A DNA stretch of 64,000 bases, taken from the NCBI GenBank assembly GCA_039679675.1, contig JBDKUN010000033.1:32001-96000 (forward strand), given 5' to 3'. Source of the DNA: Armatimonadota bacterium. Its GTDB lineage: Bacteria; Armatimonadota; UBA5829; DTLH01. This document shows positions 59,761 to 64,000 of the stretch, one piece after another. The notes under the pieces were generated by a model that worked only from the letters and a program-made list of their open reading frames with translations, was not told the DNA's origin and searched no databases. Position 1 is the stretch's first letter. Each line of letters opens with the position of its first letter. The translations under genes and the position numbers were made by a program.

Positions 59761-61127
59761 TACTTCCTCCACTCTCTTGCGGTTTCTATCAGTGCTTCAA
59801 TTCTGGTCATTATCATCGGCTGCATCGAATCAGTAAGCGGCGGCACTTCTATTTCCACCACCGGCAGATTCAGCTTGGCCTTAATGATCCTGCCTATTAT
59901 CGCGCCTTCTGTGGCGCAGTGGCTTGCTCCCGGTATCTTTGAAATTAGGACTGCCTCCGATCCGAAATCTTCGATGTCATTACATATACGCTCTGCCCGG
60001 TCATGAGAACTCCCGACCATCGGGTCAGCAAGCGCCATTCTTGCGAGTGCTTCCATCGGATGCAGGTCTTCAGGTATTTCATCCAACGCATGCGCGAAAA
60101 GGTAGTCGGCCCCGCATATCCGCCCGCCGCAGTCTTCCAACAAATTCATTGCACGCAAATCTGCGACAGGGTTCACCCAGAATATACGGACAGAGTCCTC
60201 CGGCAGTATCCCAATACCTGAGTTTATGCGATTTTGCACTTCAGTGAGCAAATCCTGAAGCACCGCGGCGGTCTCTTCCCTGTCGGAGCAGAAATGGATA
60301 GCGAGCATCTCGGCTATCTGCATCTCAAGCGCGGGCATCGGGCATATCTTCGCGGTAAAAACAGCTTTTCGAAGCTCAGAAAGAGTCTTCCGCACTTTAT
60401 TTGCGGCGCGAATCCCGGCCCTCAGCATATCATCCGTCAGTTTATATCCTGAAAGCTGTTCTAACGCAGTCTTGACCTGCTCAAGCTCGGACTTTACGAA
60501 CGCTACCTGCTCGGATGATGCATAAAACCCGCCCGGAAGCCGGATTGCATCTTCATTTGGGCCTGGTTTATGTCTCGCGGGCATTTCCCACCAGTTGATC
60601 GGATATCCAAGCCCCTCAAGACGCTGCGCAATGGACGAAAAATCATCGCAGGTCGCTCCGACGCTGCATGTGAGCATATCGGGAATCGGAAAATGCGCTT
60701 CGGTGACGAATGCTCCGAGCATCGCGCGCACCGGGCAGAATGATTCATCCAGCCCGTATGATGCGGCAAGATTTAGCAGCCCCTCGCTCATTTCCATGAT
60801 GCATGGAGTCCACCAGGCGCCGTCCGGGTAAAATGCTACCACATTCGGGAGCGAATACGCCATCACCGGGACCGTGCCAAGGTCTTTCATAGTCCCGACA
60901 AGCTTCTTACCTTTGGCTCGGGCCTCCCGCAGCCGGTCTTCTTCGGTCAAAAGGAAGTTCCAGAGCCTGAGCGCTGCTGCGGAATCATCATACCGGAGCT
61001 TGAGCAGCCTGAGGTCTCCATCATCAACGTGTCTTCGGAGCGGGCCGCCGTACCAGGGCTCGTTCAGACCTGCTTCTTTCAACTCGGCATAGCGCCTGTC
61101 CCAGTCACTCAAGGTAATTCCGCTCAT
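59760..61127 (-). CDS. 2-hydroxyacyl-CoA dehydratase (HGD-D) family subunit
   Basis: FCPVRA, ATCDDF, C-terminal SHC..E and P...IE..P; coupled to the activase. Confidence 0.82.
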   Translation of the reverse strand: MSGITLSDWDRRYAELKEAGLNEPWYGGPLRRHVDDGDLRLLKLRYDDSAAALRLWNFLLTEEDRLREARAKGKKLVGTMKDLGTVPVMAYSLPNVVAFYPDGAWWTPCIMEMSEGLLNLAASYGLDESFCPVRAMLGAFVTEAHFPIPDMLTCSVGATCDDFSSIAQRLEGLGYPINWWEMPARHKPGPNEDAIRLPGGFYASSEQVAFVKSELEQVKTALEQLSGYKLTDDMLRAGIRAANKVRKTLSELRKAVFTAKICPMPALEMQIAEMLAIHFCSDREETAAVLQDLLTEVQNRINSGIGILPEDSVRIFWVNPVADLRAMNLLEDCGGRICGADYLFAHALDEIPEDLHPMEALARMALADPMVGSSHDRAERICNDIEDFGSEAVLISKIPGASHCATEGAIIGRIIKAKLNLPVVEIEVPPLTDSMQPMIMTRIEALIETAREWRK

Positions 61128-62089
61128 TTGATCGACTCCATAAAGGCCTGGATTCTCGATGATGTGCGTATATCAACAATCCCATCGTCATTCGCGTCAA
61201 TCTGGATAAACGGCAGGCCGGACCATTCCTTCAAACGATACGCCTCTGCGTTCCAGTTGTCGCACCAGAGATAACGGCGGAGGATTATGCCTCGCACCCC
61301 GCGTTCTGCAAGTTTCAGTTTGAGCCACTTGAACAGCTCGCTGTTCGGCCTCCTGAATGCGTCTGGAATAGTATTAAAATATGAATCAGCCAGCGCCGCC
61401 ATTGGGTTTTCGTTAAGCAGCCTTCTATCAAACGGCGCTGGAAGTGTCCGCTCACCCGTTTCGGTGGCGTCCAGCGCTACATATCCACCGGCCTTCTCGA
61501 TAAAATCGTATAAGCTGTATTGATTAGCTGGAACAGGCCCGCCGACAAGTGCAACCGGGATGCCGGACGGCACATGCCTCATAGCTGGAACCGCCTGATC
61601 AAAATCTCCAGTTCTATTGAAATCAGCTAAACGAAGAGCCCATTCCCTCGGCGAAAGGCTTCCCTGAAGGTCACGGAGTACGGCTCTCTTATTGTCATAT
61701 TCGAACATCATCTGTTTGAGCAAATCAGGGGTGGGGGTGCTGCCTCCAAGCGCAATCAGAAAATCTCCCAGCCGCTTCAACTCAGAAGCATACAGCTTTT
61801 GCGATTCCACTGTCTGCCAGGTATGCGGTAAGTGCATCAAAAACGCCGGTAGATCAGTGTTTTCAGTGATGATGTCATAAATCCGCCTCATCTGGTCGCA
61901 GGCGGTTGTTACTATGACCCCGGCAGCGGTTTTCTCCTCGATGGAAGCACCTGCAAATGAACAGGCGTAAGGGCACACTCCCGGCCCCAGATTAAGGCTC
62001 GATCTGTCCGGCGATATTCTCGACGGCGATAACCCATATGCCGCAATCCACTCAGCCGGGACGAACGGACAACTGTAGATGATCTTCAA
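61124..62089 (-). CDS. 2-hydroxyacyl-CoA dehydratase (HGD-D) family subunit
   Basis: SCPFVPAEWI.A.G, VCPY, TACDQMRR, WCD.W, RIQAFME. Confidence 0.85.
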   Translation of the reverse strand: MKIIYSCPFVPAEWIAAYGLSPSRISPDRSSLNLGPGVCPYACSFAGASIEEKTAAGVIVTTACDQMRRIYDIITENTDLPAFLMHLPHTWQTVESQKLYASELKRLGDFLIALGGSTPTPDLLKQMMFEYDNKRAVLRDLQGSLSPREWALRLADFNRTGDFDQAVPAMRHVPSGIPVALVGGPVPANQYSLYDFIEKAGGYVALDATETGERTLPAPFDRRLLNENPMAALADSYFNTIPDAFRRPNSELFKWLKLKLAERGVRGIILRRYLWCDNWNAEAYRLKEWSGLPFIQIDANDDGIVDIRTSSRIQAFMESIK

Positions 62090-62092
62090 GCT

Positions 62093-63349
62093 TCAGTCCC
62101 CGCAGCAGCTCGGCGCAGTACACGCATTTTTGACCGTCTCGAAAAGCGCCTCGACCCTGACGGCAATCCGCGCGGAGTCAGAAGGCGAATAGTCGGTTTC
62201 AATCCTCAAGAACGGGACATGCAGCTCATTTTCGGCAAGCTGTTTCACCCGGTAAGATTCGATGCTGTAAGTAATGCACGCCTGCCATGCGAGGTCTATT
62301 ATGCACTCAGCACGGTACTGCCTCGCAATGTCGCGGATTGCGTCGATCCTACGATTGTTCTTCGTCATAACCGAGCAATGCAGATTGAAATACTTTGCAG
62401 CGAGCGCGCGGACCGGGTCGTCTGCATCGGCATCGACGTTTTCCAGAATCGGCTTTAAGCCAGTGCAGTTTTCGGCACAGACTATCAATCCGCCGTGGTC
62501 TTCGATAATATCGATTACCCTTTCCGCCCCATGAACTACCGGAACTCCGGTCAAAAGTACCCTTACTCTAGACGATCTATCGCCATTACCCGATTGTCCC
62601 TCGTATAACTTAACTGCCTTTTCATACTGCTCCAGATCGGCTGGTATGCCTGATATAGTGCTCTTAAGCTCTAGCAACTGCCGGCCTGTAATTGGTGGAC
62701 TATCCAGCTTCATAAGCTCAGCAAGCCGAAGCCTGAGCGCGCGCTCATGGTTCATTAAATCAATTGCTTCTCTGATCTTTTTATCTGTAATCTCTACATT
62801 GAACCGTTTTTCAAGCTCAAATATGAGCTTTTTCAGCTCAAGCACCCAGTGTTCAAATGCGTCGGCATCATCCTGTTTTTGCGGAAGCTCCATTATGTAT
62901 GTCGGTCTCGTCTCAGCCATCAGCTCGAACATCTTCTTCTTGCCGTCGCAGGTGGTCTCTGCGATGATAAGGTCTGCCATTTCAAGAAATGGATTGGAAC
63001 CAAGCGTATGGTAGCCGAATGTTGATTTGATGAGCGGACACAGGTTCGACGGCAGCGTCTCTTCTGCTGCAGGAATTGTCGCAGCAGAGCCGCCACAGAG
63101 GCACACAGGAACACCTCCTGCCGCCATTATCAGCTCTCTTGGGGCGTATTCGCACATAATCCCGACAACCGGCCTGCCTTCGGACTTTGTCTTTTCGGCG
63201 TAGTCCAGGCAGTTGTCGATCATATTATCGAACCAAGCAAGTGGTGCGGAGGAAATATGCCCGGTGGAGCAGGGCAGAGCGCTCGGAGGATTGCATGGAT
63301 CGCAGCTTTCCTTGTGAATATTCTTGTTATTGCCACAGCATCCGCTCAT
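62093..63349 (-). CDS. HGD-D family protein, double-cubane-cluster (DCCP)-like
   Basis: MCEYAPRE, LCG, NLCPLIKS, ETTCDGKKK, ENCTG, ACITY..E, IETDYS, RVEA. Confidence 0.85.
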   Translation of the reverse strand: MSGCCGNNKNIHKESCDPCNPPSALPCSTGHISSAPLAWFDNMIDNCLDYAEKTKSEGRPVVGIMCEYAPRELIMAAGGVPVCLCGGSAATIPAAEETLPSNLCPLIKSTFGYHTLGSNPFLEMADLIIAETTCDGKKKMFELMAETRPTYIMELPQKQDDADAFEHWVLELKKLIFELEKRFNVEITDKKIREAIDLMNHERALRLRLAELMKLDSPPITGRQLLELKSTISGIPADLEQYEKAVKLYEGQSGNGDRSSRVRVLLTGVPVVHGAERVIDIIEDHGGLIVCAENCTGLKPILENVDADADDPVRALAAKYFNLHCSVMTKNNRRIDAIRDIARQYRAECIIDLAWQACITYSIESYRVKQLAENELHVPFLRIETDYSPSDSARIAVRVEALFETVKNACTAPSCCGD

Positions 63350-63361
63350 CTTATTCAGTCC

Positions 63362-64000
63362 CTAGTCTTTCTTATGTGCAACAAACAATCCTTGAATGAT
63401 TTTACCGGCATGTGCGAGTTCTTGGATGAACATCATCTCGCCAGCAAGCGCCTTAAAGAGTTCTGTATCATAACCGATGGTTCTCAGCGCGTCGGAAGTG
63501 AGCTGCATATCGAGCATAGCGAGGTAAAGGTCTACACATGGAGCATATCTCCCGGTATCCTCGCAAATCTTCACATCGCAGCCGCTTGCCGTGAGTAAAT
63601 CGCAGTAGCCGTTTGTGTCCTGTAGGTTCGGGAACTTCATGAACCGCATAAACCGGTCGGCTTCGTCTTTTGTAAGTCCGGCAGGTCCCTCAATCCAGTC
63701 GGTGAAGGCAATAGTCCCGCCCGGCTTTACCAGACGCGCAGCTTCGGCTATCAACTGCGGTTTGTCTTCGACATAGCACCATGCGTCCTCGCCCCAAATG
63801 AAGTCGGCAGTGGAATCGGGAAGCCCGCTGTCGCAGGCATCGGCGAGCGTAAATGTGGCTCTATTGCCAAAACCTTCTTCCGCACACCTGTACTTTGCGC
63901 GGTTCATTACTTCTTCTGTCGCATCGACTCCGTGCATGTGTTTTACATCCTGGAACCTCAGAAGAAACCTCATTCCGGCGCCGTTGCAGCAGCAGAGATC
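63362..64000 (-). CDS. Class I SAM-dependent methyltransferase (5' truncated by window edge)
   Basis: Frame is open to 64000 and reads DLCCCNGAG (motif I), GVD, ADA, DFIWGEDAWCY, LVKPGG. Confidence 0.88.
   Translation of the reverse strand, partial: DLCCCNGAGMRFLLRFQDVKHMHGVDATEEVMNRAKYRCAEEGFGNRATFTLADACDSGLPDSTADFIWGEDAWCYVEDKPQLIAEAARLVKPGGTIAFTDWIEGPAGLTKDEADRFMRFMKFPNLQDTNGYCDLLTASGCDVKICEDTGRYAPCVDLYLAMLDMQLTSDALRTIGYDTELFKALAGEMMFIQELAHAGKIIQGLFVAHKKD

Overview
A gene-dense 64-kb bacterial chromosome segment, probably from a diderm Terrabacteria lineage such as Armatimonadota. That placement is inferred from the lptC/A/B + single lptF/G + DUF3084 + YqgF cluster, a GuaB3-type IMPDH, a Gram-positive-type GAAC-N4-GTTC SOS box and an exosortase. 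In order the window holds: a purine operon (purD partial, purE, purB, purS/Q/L/F, purM/N) with a GT-C-like membrane gene inside it; an HD-GYP gene; an EPS/exosortase locus (Wza, Wzc, Xrt, EpsI, GT4, radical SAM); ftsY; two pilins; ogg, DUF151 and rho; hpt, guaA and guaB; RNase HI, a zinc-ribbon gene and comEA; the Lpt cluster; two divergent alanine racemases; serC; tldD-pmbA-tldD-thuA; a LexA-box-controlled small gene + Y-family polymerase; a pterin operon; an orphan encapsulin-cargo ferritin; an AT-rich HEPN-like gene; and, at the right end, a SAM methyltransferase + three 2-hydroxyacyl-CoA-dehydratase/double-cubane-family genes + an ATP-dependent activase. That last cluster is the best candidate for an undescribed system. 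Several intergenic regions are mosaics of small palindromic or MITE-like repeats, some with compensatory base changes. I saw no rRNA, tRNA, CRISPR array, integrase or transposase. All family assignments come from motif recognition by eye, not from database searches.
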